A DNA stretch of 64,000 bases from an uncultured Gemmatimonadales bacterium (GTDB lineage Bacteria > Gemmatimonadota > Gemmatimonadetes > Longimicrobiales > RSA9), in the NCBI GenBank assembly GCA_963798085.1, contig CAWCRS010000005.1:288001-352000 (forward strand). Reading direction: 5' to 3'. The notes beneath the pieces are model-generated. The model searched no databases and was not told the DNA's origin. It was given only the letters and a program-made list of their open reading frames with translations. Positions 39,870 through 50,310 of this stretch are shown here, one piece after another; positions within the stretch are counted from its first letter, which is position 1, and each line of letters begins with the position of its first letter. The position numbers and the translations under genes are program-made.

Positions 39870-40637
39870 TCAACGATCGCCTGCACCGACCGGCAGACGG
39901 AGCCGCAACTGGCCATTCGGAATCTCAATGCTGCCGCCCAGAGAGCGGGCAATGCGCTGTGCAATGGCGAGGCGCAGGCCGAGTCCGGAGTCGACGCAGG
40001 ACGGTTGTTCGAGGAGTGCCGGGGCGTACTGACGCGGGTCGATGGCCGTGCCGTCGGCGACCAGCAATGCGGCGCTTTCGTCAGCCGCAACGAGCAGGGT
40101 GATGGCGCCGGTGGGAGCGGCACGCACGGCGGCTGCGATGATGAGGTCGACGAGGTGATCGAGGGCTTCGGGGTCGGCGTGGACGCAGGGGCTCTGGCCG
40201 TTGCCGGCGAAGGCCAGGTCGACGCCGCGCGAGGTGGCTTCACCGCTGGACATGGACACGAGTCGGCCGACGGTTTCGTTCAGGCTGATGGCGCCGAGGC
40301 CGGCCTCGTATCGCTCGGGCGCGTCGCCGGTGAGCATCTGGAGTCCGTCGGTCAGGTCACGCAGCTGGCGGGCGGCGCGGCGTATGCGCTCGAGCGCGTC
40401 CGTGGCGCGTTCGCTCATGGGTCCGAGCAGGCCCTCGGAGAGCAGCTCCTGGTAGCCGAGGATCACGCTGGTGGGCGTGCGCAGTTCGTGCGCGATGATG
40501 CCGACAAGACGCCGGTGATCCGGCGACAGGTCTGCCGTCGCATGGCCGTTGGCGGTGGGCGGGCGGCGCAGGCGGCGCGCGAGGAGTGCGAACCCGGCTG
40601 TCAGCGTGGTAAGTCCGATCACGAGTCGGCGCCTCAT
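39870..40637 (-). CDS. Histidine-kinase-like protein with intact HisKA and degenerate HATPase domain
   Basis: N-terminal hydrophobic anchor, IIAHELRTPTSVILGY, SGLGLRLAIA..LGGSI; N box and G1 box lost. ATGA overlap with rsmA. Confidence 0.8.
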   Translation of the reverse strand: MRRRLVIGLTTLTAGFALLARRLRRPPTANGHATADLSPDHRRLVGIIAHELRTPTSVILGYQELLSEGLLGPMSERATDALERIRRAARQLRDLTDGLQMLTGDAPERYEAGLGAISLNETVGRLVSMSSGEATSRGVDLAFAGNGQSPCVHADPEALDHLVDLIIAAAVRAAPTGAITLLVAADESAALLVADGTAIDPRQYAPALLEQPSCVDSGLGLRLAIAQRIARSLGGSIEIPNGQLRLRLPVGAGDR

Positions 40638-41458
40638 GGCAGGTCGCGGGGGACGCCCGTTTCGCGCAGCGCGCGAGCGAGCGAGATCATTTGCGACGGG
40701 TCGAGGGTCTCCGGCCGGCGCTGGAAATCGATGCCGGTTTTTTCGCTCACCCGTGCGAGCTGATCGAGAGCGAGGGTGTACATCGGCGCGTAGCGCAGCG
40801 TGCGCTGCAGCTGCTTGCGTCGCCAGCCGAAGGCCACCTGCGTCAGTCTGCGGAGATCCATCTCCTCCCGTTCCGAAAGCGGGCATGGCCGGAGCGGTGT
40901 GATCCTCAGCACGGTCGAATCCACGTTGGGCGCCGGACGAAACGCGTGACGTCCGACGTGGAAGAGTCGCTCGACCGCGGCCACCGCCTGGACGCCGATG
41001 GAAAGGGCCCCGTACGCCTCTTCACCGGCGCCTGCGGTAATGCGGTCTGCAACCTCCTTCTGCACCATGAGCACGATGTGTGCCGGACGCCACGCCCGCG
41101 TCAGCAAATGGAAGAGGATGGGCGTGGTGATGTTGTAAGGGATGTTGCCGATTACGCGCAGTGCCGCGGGCTTATCGAAGAGGTCGTCCAGGCGCACGCG
41201 CAGCACATCCGCTTCGTTGACGACAATGTCATCACGACCTTCGAATTCGGAGCGCAGCGCGGCGGCGAGTTCCCGGTCCTTCTCGATGAGGACGAGTCGT
41301 CGCACGTGGCCGGCGAGGTGGCGCGTCAGGGCGCCGGTGCCGGGACCGATCTCGAGCACCTCGTCATCGGGCGCAGCTTCGAGAGCGGCGACAATGCGTC
41401 GCTGGATGTTGGGGTCGACGAGGAAATTCTGGCCGAGGGATTTGCGGGCGCGGCGCAC
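40634..41458 (-). CDS. rsmA: 16S rRNA dimethyladenosine transferase
   Basis: KSLGQNFL, LEIGPGTGALT, GNIPYNITT, MVQKEVA, FRPAPNVDS. Confidence 0.95.
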   Translation of the reverse strand: MRRARKSLGQNFLVDPNIQRRIVAALEAAPDDEVLEIGPGTGALTRHLAGHVRRLVLIEKDRELAAALRSEFEGRDDIVVNEADVLRVRLDDLFDKPAALRVIGNIPYNITTPILFHLLTRAWRPAHIVLMVQKEVADRITAGAGEEAYGALSIGVQAVAAVERLFHVGRHAFRPAPNVDSTVLRITPLRPCPLSEREEMDLRRLTQVAFGWRRKQLQRTLRYAPMYTLALDQLARVSEKTGIDFQRRPETLDPSQMISLARALRETGVPRDLP

Positions 41459-41465
41459 AGGCGTG

Positions 41466-43043
41466 TCAGCGGACGAGCAGGAGCGTGCGATCGTCCGGTT
41501 CGCTGCTGGGGTGGGCGTCGGAGTTCTCGAAGATATCCCGTACAATGGTGTCGAGCGGCTCGCCGCGGCGGTCGCTGATCTCCTGTACCAGCCGGGTTTC
41601 GCCGCTCCCGCTGCCCAGGCGGTCGGCCAGCGAGTCGGAGAGCCCGTCCGTGAACAGCACGAGCGTATCGCCTTTCTGCCAGAGCGCCACCCGTTCGCCG
41701 TAGGGTTCGAGCGGCATCGCGCCCAGCGGCGGCCCGGTCGACCCCAGCCGGGTAACACGACCTTCGGTGTCCAGCCGGTAGGCCTGTGGATGCCCTGCGT
41801 TCGCGTAGTCCAGTCGGCCATCGGTGAGGTCGAGCACGCCGTAGAACAGCGAAAGGTACATCTCGGTGGACTCCAGCTCCTTGATCAGGGCGCGGTGCAC
41901 GCGGCGCAGCACTTCGGCCGGCGTTTCTTCCTCTTTCGCGTAAATGCCGATGGCGCTCATGGTCAGCGCCATGATGAGTGCGGCGGAGAATCCGTGGCCG
42001 GACACATCACCGATGAGCAGGCCCAGGCGATCGCCGCTCAGGCGATACAGCTGATAGAAATCCCCGCCAATGGTCTGCGCGGGTACGCAGCGCGCCGCGA
42101 TCTCGGGCGGCGGCTCGAAGGTTTCCGGCTCGGGCAGCAACTTGAGCTGCAGGTCGTGCGCCAGTTCCAGCTCGCGCAGCACGCGTTCCTGACTCAGCGT
42201 TTCCTGGATCAGCCGTTGCGCTTCAATGGCGGCGCCGATCTGACTGGCAATGGCCGCGAGCAGTCGCTCATCACCCAGCGCGAAGCGCGAGCCGCTGCGT
42301 CGGCCCACCAGTGTCAGCACGCCGACCGTCCGCGTCTGTCCATCGGGTGGCGTGAAGTTGATGGGCACGGACAGGAACGCCTCCGGGCTGCGCGGCCGCG
42401 GCCGGCCCGGCGCCGCCTCCGCCATGGGCGGGCGCTCCACGTTCATCGCCTGCTTCTCGCGGAACACCCAGGCGGTGGCGGATTCGCGGTCGTCGACGGG
42501 TATCGGCCCGCGCAGTCCGTCCTCGCCCACCGCGGCCACCAGTTCGAGCGCGTTCGTCTCGGGCCAATGCACCCAGAGCGAAGCCCGCCGCGCGCTCACC
42601 ACATCCATCACTTCCGCCAGAATGCGGGTCGCCGCGTCCGCGAAGGCGGGAATGGAGCCGAGGATCTCGCTGATCGAGTAGAGCAGGTTGATTTCTTCGT
42701 AGCGGTCGGACAGCTCCTGTGCGGAAGAGCGGGCCTCCCGTTCATAACCCAGTGTTGCGGCAAGGGAATCGACGAGCCGCGCGACGATGTCGGGGGCTAC
42801 GGCGCCGCGGCGCACGCGCAGGCGTAATGCCGAGTTGTCCGCGAGCGCCAGGTGGAAGTGCTCATCGTTCGCGCCCGATTCGGGTGTGGTGCCAGCGGGC
42901 GGGTAGATGATGGCGCGCGTGCTCTCACCCGACTGCACAATGCAGGCATCGGTTTCGGGGTGCAGCTCACGGAACAGATCGATCAGGGTACGTGCGACGG
43001 CAGGGAGTGAGCTGGAAGTGGCGGTTCCCGGCGTCGTCGTCAT
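41466..43043 (-). CDS. GAF plus PP2C/SpoIIE phosphatase (RsbU-like)
   Basis: GAF region, ELELAHDLQ..LLP, IGGDFY, GDVSGHG, NAGHP, FTDGL, DDRT. Confidence 0.92.
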   Translation of the reverse strand: MTTTPGTATSSSLPAVARTLIDLFRELHPETDACIVQSGESTRAIIYPPAGTTPESGANDEHFHLALADNSALRLRVRRGAVAPDIVARLVDSLAATLGYEREARSSAQELSDRYEEINLLYSISEILGSIPAFADAATRILAEVMDVVSARRASLWVHWPETNALELVAAVGEDGLRGPIPVDDRESATAWVFREKQAMNVERPPMAEAAPGRPRPRSPEAFLSVPINFTPPDGQTRTVGVLTLVGRRSGSRFALGDERLLAAIASQIGAAIEAQRLIQETLSQERVLRELELAHDLQLKLLPEPETFEPPPEIAARCVPAQTIGGDFYQLYRLSGDRLGLLIGDVSGHGFSAALIMALTMSAIGIYAKEEETPAEVLRRVHRALIKELESTEMYLSLFYGVLDLTDGRLDYANAGHPQAYRLDTEGRVTRLGSTGPPLGAMPLEPYGERVALWQKGDTLVLFTDGLSDSLADRLGSGSGETRLVQEISDRRGEPLDTIVRDIFENSDAHPSSEPDDRTLLLVR

Positions 43044-43474
43044 GACGCCTGGGCGACGGGGCCGCCCGGACCATTGAGGAGCTTCATCTCGATGGAGTTC
43101 CCGCGCTCGTTGTACTCCACATGGTCCATGAGCTGGCGGATCAGGAAAATGCCGCGACCGCGGCTGCGCCGGATGTTCGCCGGCAGCGTCGGGTCGGGCA
43201 GATCCTCAGGGTCGAAGCCATGACCCTCGTCCGTCACGCGGACCGTTATCTCGTGCGCCGTGAACTGTGCCACCACCTGCACGCGCTTGCGTGGGTCCTG
43301 CGCATTGCCGTACAGCATGGCATTGCTCAGCGCCTCCGTCAGGCCGACCCGCAGATTGAGGCGCAGACGATCGGGATTGAACCCAATGCTCCGCCCGTGG
43401 TCGAGCAGCGAATCGACGAATTCTTCGATCCGTTGCAGATCGTTGGGCAGATCGAAAACGAGATCGCGGTGCAT
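43040..43474 (-). CDS. Anti-sigma factor Ser/Thr kinase (RsbW-like)
   Basis: EALSNAMLYGN, DEGHGFD, GRGIFLIRQLMD. Confidence 0.9.
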   Translation of the reverse strand: MHRDLVFDLPNDLQRIEEFVDSLLDHGRSIGFNPDRLRLNLRVGLTEALSNAMLYGNAQDPRKRVQVVAQFTAHEITVRVTDEGHGFDPEDLPDPTLPANIRRSRGRGIFLIRQLMDHVEYNERGNSIEMKLLNGPGGPVAQAS

Positions 43475-43501
43475 GAGCGTGGTCGCGCGCCGGGCGCGAG
43501 C

Positions 43502-43834
43502 TCAGAACAATGCCAACGCGTCCTCGCGGTTGCTCGCGATATGGAACAGTGTGTCCAGCTTGGTCAGCTCGAAAAGCGTGCGCAGGTCCTCATTGAGGTT
43601 CGAGAGCCGCAATTCCCCACCCTGTTCACGGATCTTCTTGGAAAGGCTGACCAGCACGCCCAGCCCGCTGGAATCAATGTAGCCTGTACCCGCGAAATCG
43701 ATGAGGAACCGGCGTGATCCCGACTCCAGTTCGTCCAGCACCTTCTGCTTGAGTTCCTGGCGATTGCCGACGATCAGCTGTCCCTTCACATCGATGAGCG
43801 TGATGTCGCCCTTTTTCTGCACGTCGAAGCTCAT
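43502..43834 (-). CDS. Anti-sigma factor antagonist, STAS domain (RsbV-like)
   Basis: YIDSSGLGVL, LFELTKLD; GGAGGAG RBS. Confidence 0.92.
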   Translation of the reverse strand: MSFDVQKKGDITLIDVKGQLIVGNRQELKQKVLDELESGSRRFLIDFAGTGYIDSSGLGVLVSLSKKIREQGGELRLSNLNEDLRTLFELTKLDTLFHIASNREDALALF

Positions 43835-43885
43835 GGCCTCTCCTCCCCTTGTCCGCCGAAACTTGGGTTGTCTCCCGGGCAGCAG

Positions 43886-43900
43886 GCAAGACCGGGGCCG
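43886..43900 (-). promoter_or_regulatory. Possible sigma54-like promoter upstream of the STAS gene
   Basis: Minus strand CGGCCC-CGGTC-TTGC keeps GG-N10-GC spacing; weaker match than the site at 9594. Confidence 0.3.
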
Positions 43901-43923
43901 CGCGCAGGCGGCCGTGGCGAGGC

Positions 43924-44919
43924 TCAGGCCGACTGCAGGGCCGTGATGCACGCCACGTTCACAATGTCCTGCACCGTAGCGCCGCGGGACAGGTCGTTGA
44001 ACGGTCGGTCCAGGCCCTGGAGGATGGGCCCCAGCGCCTCTGCGCCTGCCAGCCGCTGTACCAGCTTGTACGCAATGTTGCCCGCATCGAGGTCCGGAAA
44101 TACGAGCACGTTCGCACTGCCTGCGAGCGGTGAACCGGGCGCCTTGCGCGCGGCCACGCTCTCGATCAGCGCCGCGTCGGCCTGCAGCTCGCCATCTGCG
44201 GGCACGTCCGGCGCGCGCGCCCGGAACAGCCGCAGCGCCTCCCGCATCTTGCTGACCTCGCTGCCTTCCGCGCTGCCCTTCGTCGAGTACGACAGGAACG
44301 CGACGCGCGCCGTGTCACCCACGACGCGGAACCTCGCCTGCACGGCGGCCAGCGCAATGTCCGCCAGCTGCTCTGCCGTGGGTGCGGGCACGACGCCGGC
44401 ATCGGTAAACGTCAGCACTTCGGGCCCGGTACTCCCGCGGAAGGGCCGCACCACCATGTAGAAGCTGGACGAAACCGTGTGCACATCCGGCGACGTCCCG
44501 ATCGCCGTGATCGTCGCGCGCAGCACGGCGCCCGTGGTGTGCACCGCCCCCGCGACGCCGCCGGCCGCGTGTCCGCAGGCGACCAGCAGCGCCGCGAAGG
44601 TGAGCGGCTCGATGGCGGCCTGTTCCGCCGCCGCGCGTGTGAGGCCGCGCGCCGCCCGCCGCTCCAGCAGATGGGCCACGCAGCCCGCCCTTAACTCGCT
44701 GTTTGCCGGATCAATGACTTCCACCGCGGCATCGCCGCCCGCGGCCACGAGAGCCGGACGAACATCGTCGCCTGCTCCGATCAGTACCGGCGTGACCAGC
44801 GCGGCCTTCTGCAGCCGGGCGACGGCCTCGAGGGTGCGGGCATCCAGTGATTCGGCGAAGACAATGCGGCGCCGGAGAGCGCGGGCGCGCTCGTGCAGCT
44901 GCTCGAGGAACGTGCTCAC
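43924..44919 (-). CDS. pta: Phosphate acetyltransferase (short form)
   Basis: [47 protein letters not shown]. Confidence 0.92.
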   Translation of the reverse strand: MSTFLEQLHERARALRRRIVFAESLDARTLEAVARLQKAALVTPVLIGAGDDVRPALVAAGGDAAVEVIDPANSELRAGCVAHLLERRAARGLTRAAAEQAAIEPLTFAALLVACGHAAGGVAGAVHTTGAVLRATITAIGTSPDVHTVSSSFYMVVRPFRGSTGPEVLTFTDAGVVPAPTAEQLADIALAAVQARFRVVGDTARVAFLSYSTKGSAEGSEVSKMREALRLFRARAPDVPADGELQADAALIESVAARKAPGSPLAGSANVLVFPDLDAGNIAYKLVQRLAGAEALGPILQGLDRPFNDLSRGATVQDIVNVACITALQSA

Positions 44920-45425
44920 GCGCGCCGGCTGCGGAACTTCTCGTGCAGTGCGGCCAGCACGTGTGGCGAGACCAGCGGCTCGACATCGCCGCCCAGTGAT
45001 GCGATCTCGCGCACCAGCGATGCGGACAGGAACGTGTACTGCGCGGCCGGCGCGAGGAAGATCGTCTCCAGCTCGTTCCACAGCTGGCGGTTCATCAGCG
45101 CCATCTGGAACTCGTACTCGAAGTCGGAAACGGCACGCAGTCCGCGCACGATCAGGCGGGCATTGCGACCGCGCGCGAAGTCGACGAGCAATCCATCGAA
45201 CTCGGTCGCCTCCACGCGCTTCTCATCGCGGAACGCGGTGCGGATCAGGTTCAGCCGCTCCTGGATGGGGAAGAGTCCTTCCTTGCGTTGCGTGCGCCGG
45301 TGGGCGACGGCGACCACCACACGATCCACGAAGGTGAGCGCGCGTCGCACCAGATCTTCATGGCCCCGGGTGATGGGATCGAAGGATCCCGGATAGATCG
45401 CGACCGTCTCCTGGCGTGCGCTCAT
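44916..45425 (-). CDS. coaD: Phosphopantetheine adenylyltransferase
   Basis: [24 protein letters not shown]. Confidence 0.96.
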   Translation of the reverse strand: MSARQETVAIYPGSFDPITRGHEDLVRRALTFVDRVVVAVAHRRTQRKEGLFPIQERLNLIRTAFRDEKRVEATEFDGLLVDFARGRNARLIVRGLRAVSDFEYEFQMALMNRQLWNELETIFLAPAAQYTFLSASLVREIASLGGDVEPLVSPHVLAALHEKFRSRRA

Positions 45426-45949
45426 GGGCTCGCGGGGATGGAGGTGATGGCGCTCAGTCCGTAGCGCCGCGTGCGTGCGCCGGGCAGCTGCGGCAGGGTT
45501 TCTTCTGCACCGTGTTCGATCCAGAGTGCAGCAGCGAAGCGTTTTTCCGCAAACAGCGTGATGAGGCGAGCGGCCAGGCCGGTGCCGTAGGGCGGATCGG
45601 CCAGCGCCAGATCGAACTGGAGTTCCGCCAGGCCCGCGGCCCAGTCCAGCGCTTCGGCGCGCACCACCGTGCTCTGCCCGGCCGCGCCCAGCTTCTCAAT
45701 GTTGGCACGCAATATGGCGATCACACGTGCCGAGGCCTCGACGAACGTGGCGTGCGTGGCACCACGGGAAAGCGCTTCCAGTCCCAGCGCACCCGAGCCT
45801 GCGAACAGGTCGAGCACGGTCGCATCGGGAAGCTGGAACTGCAGTGCGCTCATCCATGCTTCGCGGATGCGATCGCGCGTGGGGCGCGTTTCCCTTCCCT
45901 CGGGCGCGTCCAGCCGGCGTCCTCGCCATTGGCCCGCGATGATTCTCAC
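45422..45949 (-). CDS. rsmD: 16S rRNA m2G966 methyltransferase
   Basis: RIIAGQWRGR, TRPT, LDLFAGSGALGLEALSRGA, DPPY. Confidence 0.94.
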   Translation of the reverse strand: MRIIAGQWRGRRLDAPEGRETRPTRDRIREAWMSALQFQLPDATVLDLFAGSGALGLEALSRGATHATFVEASARVIAILRANIEKLGAAGQSTVVRAEALDWAAGLAELQFDLALADPPYGTGLAARLITLFAEKRFAAALWIEHGAEETLPQLPGARTRRYGLSAITSIPASP

Positions 45950-47745
45950 GTGTGGGTCTTGAGATCGACCAGCCTGGCCTGCGGCTTGCGCCGGCCATCC
46001 CACTCATCGATCTGCAGGTGATAGGCAATGTCGATGCGATCGCCCTCGGCGAGTCCGCTCACGCGCTCGGCCATGCCGAAGCCGATCACGTCAATGCGGC
46101 CTGTCGCATCCGCGACGAAGAGCTTGGCGTGTTCTTCGCCCACGATGCGCGGCGGGCGCAGCAGCGTAACGCCGCGGGTAGCGAAGAGTGGCGAGGGGTT
46201 GCCCATGCCGAACGGCCCGAAGTGGCGCAGCAGATCGACCAGTCTGACGTCGGCTTCGGCGAGCGAGACGTCCATGTCGATGGGTACCCTGGCCAGCAGA
46301 TCATCGGGGGTGAGCACCGCGTGCGCGCGCTCGTTGAAGGCGTCGCGGAACGCGGCAATGCGGTCGGGCTGGATCTCGAGGCCCGCCGCCTGGCGGTGGC
46401 CGCCGAAGCGCTCGAGCATGTGGCCGCAGTCGCGAATCGCTTCGTACAAATGGAAGCCTGGAATCGACCGGGCACTGCCGCGCGCCCGCCCGGTAACCGG
46501 ATCGATGGCGATCAGGATGGTGGGCCGGTTAATGCGTTCCACGACGCGTGACGCAACAATGCCAATGACGCCGGAATGCCAGTCAGGCGCGGCCAGCACG
46601 ACACCGAAGTTGCGTTCCGGATCGTAGTCGGCGCGCAGCTGGTCCAGTGCGTCCGCCAGGGTCTGCCGGTCCACGGTCTTGCGCACGCGATTCTCTTCCT
46701 CGAGCACGCGCGCCAGGCTGGCGGCCTCTTTCTCGTCCTCGGTGAGCAGCAGTCGTACGGCCCGGTTCGCATCGCCCATGCGGCCCACCGCGTTGATGCG
46801 CGGCGCAATCACGTGGCTGACCTGACCGGATGGAATTGCGCCTCTGCTGACATCGATGTCAGCGGCGGCGAGCAGTGCGCGCAGTCCCGGGTTGCGCGAC
46901 TGCGCCATGAGCCTGAGTCCGAAGCGTGTGAGCACGCGGTTCTCGCCGCGCAGTGGCGCCAGGTCCGCAATGGTGGCCAGCGCCACCAGATCGAGGTAGT
47001 ACCAGAGGTCCTTCGCGTTGCCGCCCCTCGCCGAGACCAGCGCCTGGCACACCTTGTAGGCCACACCCACACCCGCCAGCGAACGTTCCGGATAGGTCGA
47101 GTCCGCGCGGTTCGGGTTGATGATGGCGACCGCGTCGGGCAGCGTCGGCCCGGGCGTGTGGTGATCCGTGACGATGACGTCAATGCCGGCCGCCGCCGCC
47201 TCGCGCACGGCCGGGTGCGCCACCGTGCCGCAGTCGGCGGTGATGATGAGGGTGGCGCCGCTGCGCATGGCCGCGGCCACGCCGGCGCTGGTCAGATCAT
47301 AGCCATCCAGCAGGCGGGCGGGCGTGAACGGCACCACATTCCCGCCCAGGGAGCGAAGCACGCGTGTGTAGAGCGTCGTCGCGCACACACCGTCCACATC
47401 GTAGTCCCCGTGCACGAGTATGGTTTCGCGGCGGTCGAGCGCGCGCTCGATGCGGCCCACCGCTAACTGCATGTCAGTGAGCGCGAAGGGGTCGTGCAGG
47501 CGGTCGAGGCCGGGTTTCAGGTAGAGGCGGGCGGATTCGGGGTCGGCGTAGCCGCGCAGGACCAGCAGCCGGCACAGTGGCTCGGGCAGCTTCAGCTCGT
47601 TGTGCAGCGTCGCGACCTGTGCAGCGTCCGCGGTTCCCCGCTCCACCCAGCGCCGCTGCAGCGGCGGCAGTGCCGGAAGGGGCGGCGCTGTTTCCGGCGG
47701 CGCGGGTGCCACGGCGCCGGCACCACGGTCCACCGGTTGCGGCAT
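45946..47745 (-). CDS. recJ: Single-stranded-DNA exonuclease RecJ
   Basis: GDYDVDG, TADCG, TDHH, TIADL, PRINAVGR, GSARS, GGH, PFGMGNP. Confidence 0.96.
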   Translation of the reverse strand: MPQPVDRGAGAVAPAPPETAPPLPALPPLQRRWVERGTADAAQVATLHNELKLPEPLCRLLVLRGYADPESARLYLKPGLDRLHDPFALTDMQLAVGRIERALDRRETILVHGDYDVDGVCATTLYTRVLRSLGGNVVPFTPARLLDGYDLTSAGVAAAMRSGATLIITADCGTVAHPAVREAAAAGIDVIVTDHHTPGPTLPDAVAIINPNRADSTYPERSLAGVGVAYKVCQALVSARGGNAKDLWYYLDLVALATIADLAPLRGENRVLTRFGLRLMAQSRNPGLRALLAAADIDVSRGAIPSGQVSHVIAPRINAVGRMGDANRAVRLLLTEDEKEAASLARVLEEENRVRKTVDRQTLADALDQLRADYDPERNFGVVLAAPDWHSGVIGIVASRVVERINRPTILIAIDPVTGRARGSARSIPGFHLYEAIRDCGHMLERFGGHRQAAGLEIQPDRIAAFRDAFNERAHAVLTPDDLLARVPIDMDVSLAEADVRLVDLLRHFGPFGMGNPSPLFATRGVTLLRPPRIVGEEHAKLFVADATGRIDVIGFGMAERVSGLAEGDRIDIAYHLQIDEWDGRRKPQARLVDLKTHT

Positions 47746-48449
47746 CACGACGCGTAGAGGATCACGCCGCAGGCCTCGCAGCGGCGCAGCACATTGCCGT
47801 TGCGGATCTCGCTCTGTTCCTGCAGGGGCAGCACATTGAAGCAGTGGCCGCACGCGCCTTCGTCGGTCAGCGGCGCGAGCACGGTCGAGGAGCGGCCCTT
47901 GCGTACGCGCTCGTAGAGACGGAGTGATCCCTTGTCCAGGCGGATCGCATGGTTCTCCCTGCGATCCAGCAGCACCTGGAGCTGCTGTTCCGCTTCGGCA
48001 CGGGCGCGCACCAGTTCTTCACGACGGGGCGCGTTCTCGCCGCGCAGCTTCTCCAGCTGCCGCGTGTGCTCATCCAGCTTGAGGTCCGTGCGCGTGGCCT
48101 GCTCCATGAGTTCCAGCGCCTCGGCATCATCGGCATCAGCGGCCCGCCGGACCAGGTCGATCTCGGTGCGCGCTGCCGCTTCCTCGCGCTGGTTGCGCAC
48201 GCGGCTCATTCGTTCTTCGTAAGCCCGCAAACGCGTGCGTTTCTGTTCCGCGGCACTCTCCAGCCGCCGTATCTCGCGGCGCAGTTCATCCAGTCGCGTA
48301 CGCAACCCTGCCAGCTCCGTTTCCAGCGCCGCGACCGGCTGGTCCACATCCCGGATCTGCGGCTCGAAGCTCAGCAGATTCGTCTGTGCCTGCTGGATTT
48401 CCTCGTCCAGCGTCTGAAGTGTCAGCAGCGCCGTTTTCAGATCTTCCAT
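47745..48449 (-). CDS. Coiled-coil plus C4 zinc-ribbon protein (DUF164/CT398/HP0958-like)
   Basis: Long coiled coil, YERVRK, CGHC...CEACG. Confidence 0.88.
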   Translation of the reverse strand: MEDLKTALLTLQTLDEEIQQAQTNLLSFEPQIRDVDQPVAALETELAGLRTRLDELRREIRRLESAAEQKRTRLRAYEERMSRVRNQREEAAARTEIDLVRRAADADDAEALELMEQATRTDLKLDEHTRQLEKLRGENAPRREELVRARAEAEQQLQVLLDRRENHAIRLDKGSLRLYERVRKGRSSTVLAPLTDEGACGHCFNVLPLQEQSEIRNGNVLRRCEACGVILYAS

Positions 48450-50310
48450 TCACCGTTCTTCGGTTGATGTGGACGCGGGGCCCGCGCGTCCGCGGGTGTT
48501 CCGCCCATAACGCCGGCTTACCTTGAAGCCGAGTTCCGCCGCTGCCCCCAGCTGGCGCAGCTGCTGGAGTGTCGCCTGTCTCGCCTGAAAGATCGCGGCG
48601 CGCTCCGTGTCGCTGCGCGTGCCCGCCATGCGCACATCCAGCTCATCAATGCGCCGGTTCAGATCCGCCGCCTTGATGCCGGCCACTGCGTCATCGAAGC
48701 TCTGGTCCGCATCAGTGACTTCCACCGGGTCGCGCTGCAGCTCATCGCGGCGCAGCGATGCTACCGCGCTCAACTTCAATTCGCCGCTCTCGCCATCCTC
48801 GAGCAGCGCAGTGAAGAGTTCGCGATTGGCCGCATCGCTGAATTCGCCAGCCTGCAGCAGGGCGCCGGCCTGTTCCCGGCGGGGCCGGTCGCGCAGCAGG
48901 AGGAGGAGCAGCAGTTTTTCCGCGGCAAAGCTCTCGCGCAGGACCGGCGACGGCCTCGATCCCCGCGACGCGCTGCGGCCAGGCGAGGGCGGTCGCGAAG
49001 GCCGGTAGCGCGCCGGTCCGGGCCGGGCGTCGCCCGACTGCACCTGATGCTCGAGTGTCTCGCGTCGTACCCCTGTGCGTTCCGCGACGCGCGTCACGTA
49101 GATATCGCGCAGTGCCGGATCGATCGTGGCGCGGATCGTGGGCAGCAGCCGGTCGAGTGCACGGGTCACGTGATCGATGTCGCTGAAATAGCCGCGCTCC
49201 TCGAGCATTTGGAGCTTGCGATCCAGCACATCGACGGCATTGTCGATGAGCGGGCGCAGCGCTTCGGCGCCGCGCTTCCGCACCAGGGAGTCCGGATCTT
49301 CGCCCTCGGGCAGTGTCACGACCAGCGGATGCACACCTGTGCGCAGCAGCGCGTCCGCGCTGCGGAAGGTTGCGCTCCGTCCGGCCCCGTCGCTGTCATA
49401 CAGGAGGCAGGCCTTGGCAGTATAACGAGCCAGCAGATTCGCCTGTTCCGCGGTCAGTGCCGTACCCATGCCGGCCACGACGTTCTCTATGCCCCTCGCC
49501 GCGAGCGAAACGTAGTCCATGTACCCTTCCACGACCAGCGCCGCGCCCTCCCGTCGTATTGCCGCCTTGGACCAGTTCAGGCCATAGAGAATCAGGCCCT
49601 TGTGATAGATGGCCGTCTCCGGCGAGTTCAGGTATTTGGGCACCTTCTCCGTAACGCGCAGTGCGCGCCCGCCGAAAGCGACCAGCCGGCCCGTCGCATC
49701 GGCCACGGTGAACATGATGCGTTCGCGGAAGCGGTCGTAGGGCTCCTCCGCCTGCTCGTTCTCCTTGATGAGCCCTGCCGCGAGCAGTGTTTCATTGGTA
49801 ATGCCGTGATGCTGTGCCGCTTCGCGCAGGGCCCGCCACTCGGAGGGTGCCCAGCCCATGAGGAAGCGCTGTGTCGCGGCCTGCGTGATGCCGCGACCCT
49901 CGAGGTAGCGCCTCGCCCCCTCGCCGGCCGGGCTCTCGAGCTGCTGCTGGAAATAATCCGCCGCAAACGCGACCGCCTCGTAGAGCGCGCGGTTCGGTTC
50001 ATCCGTCGCCGGGCCGGTCGTCTCCGGAATCTCCACGCCCACTTTGGCCGCGACCTGGCGCACCGCATTCGACGAAGCTGAGGCCGCTGCGTTTCATCAG
50101 GAACTTGAAGATGTCGCCTGTCTCACCGCAGCCGAAGCAGGAGTAGATGCCCTTGGAGGGCACCACATAGAACGAGGGTGTCTTCTCGTGGTGGAACGGG
50201 CAAAGTGCGCGGTAGTCCTTGCCGGCGCGCTTGAGTGGAACGGATTCCCCGACGATCTCGACGATGTCCGCGCGCGCGCGCACCTCTTCGAGAATCGTCT
50301 CCGGGATCAT
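48450..50310 (-). CDS. dnaG: DNA primase; one apparent +1 frameshift near 50068
   Basis: CPFHHEKTPSF..CFGCG zinc finger in one frame; DRFRER, FGGR, KYLNSPET, VEGYMD, YDSDGAG in the next; 1861-1 nt gives 620 codons. Confidence 0.95.
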
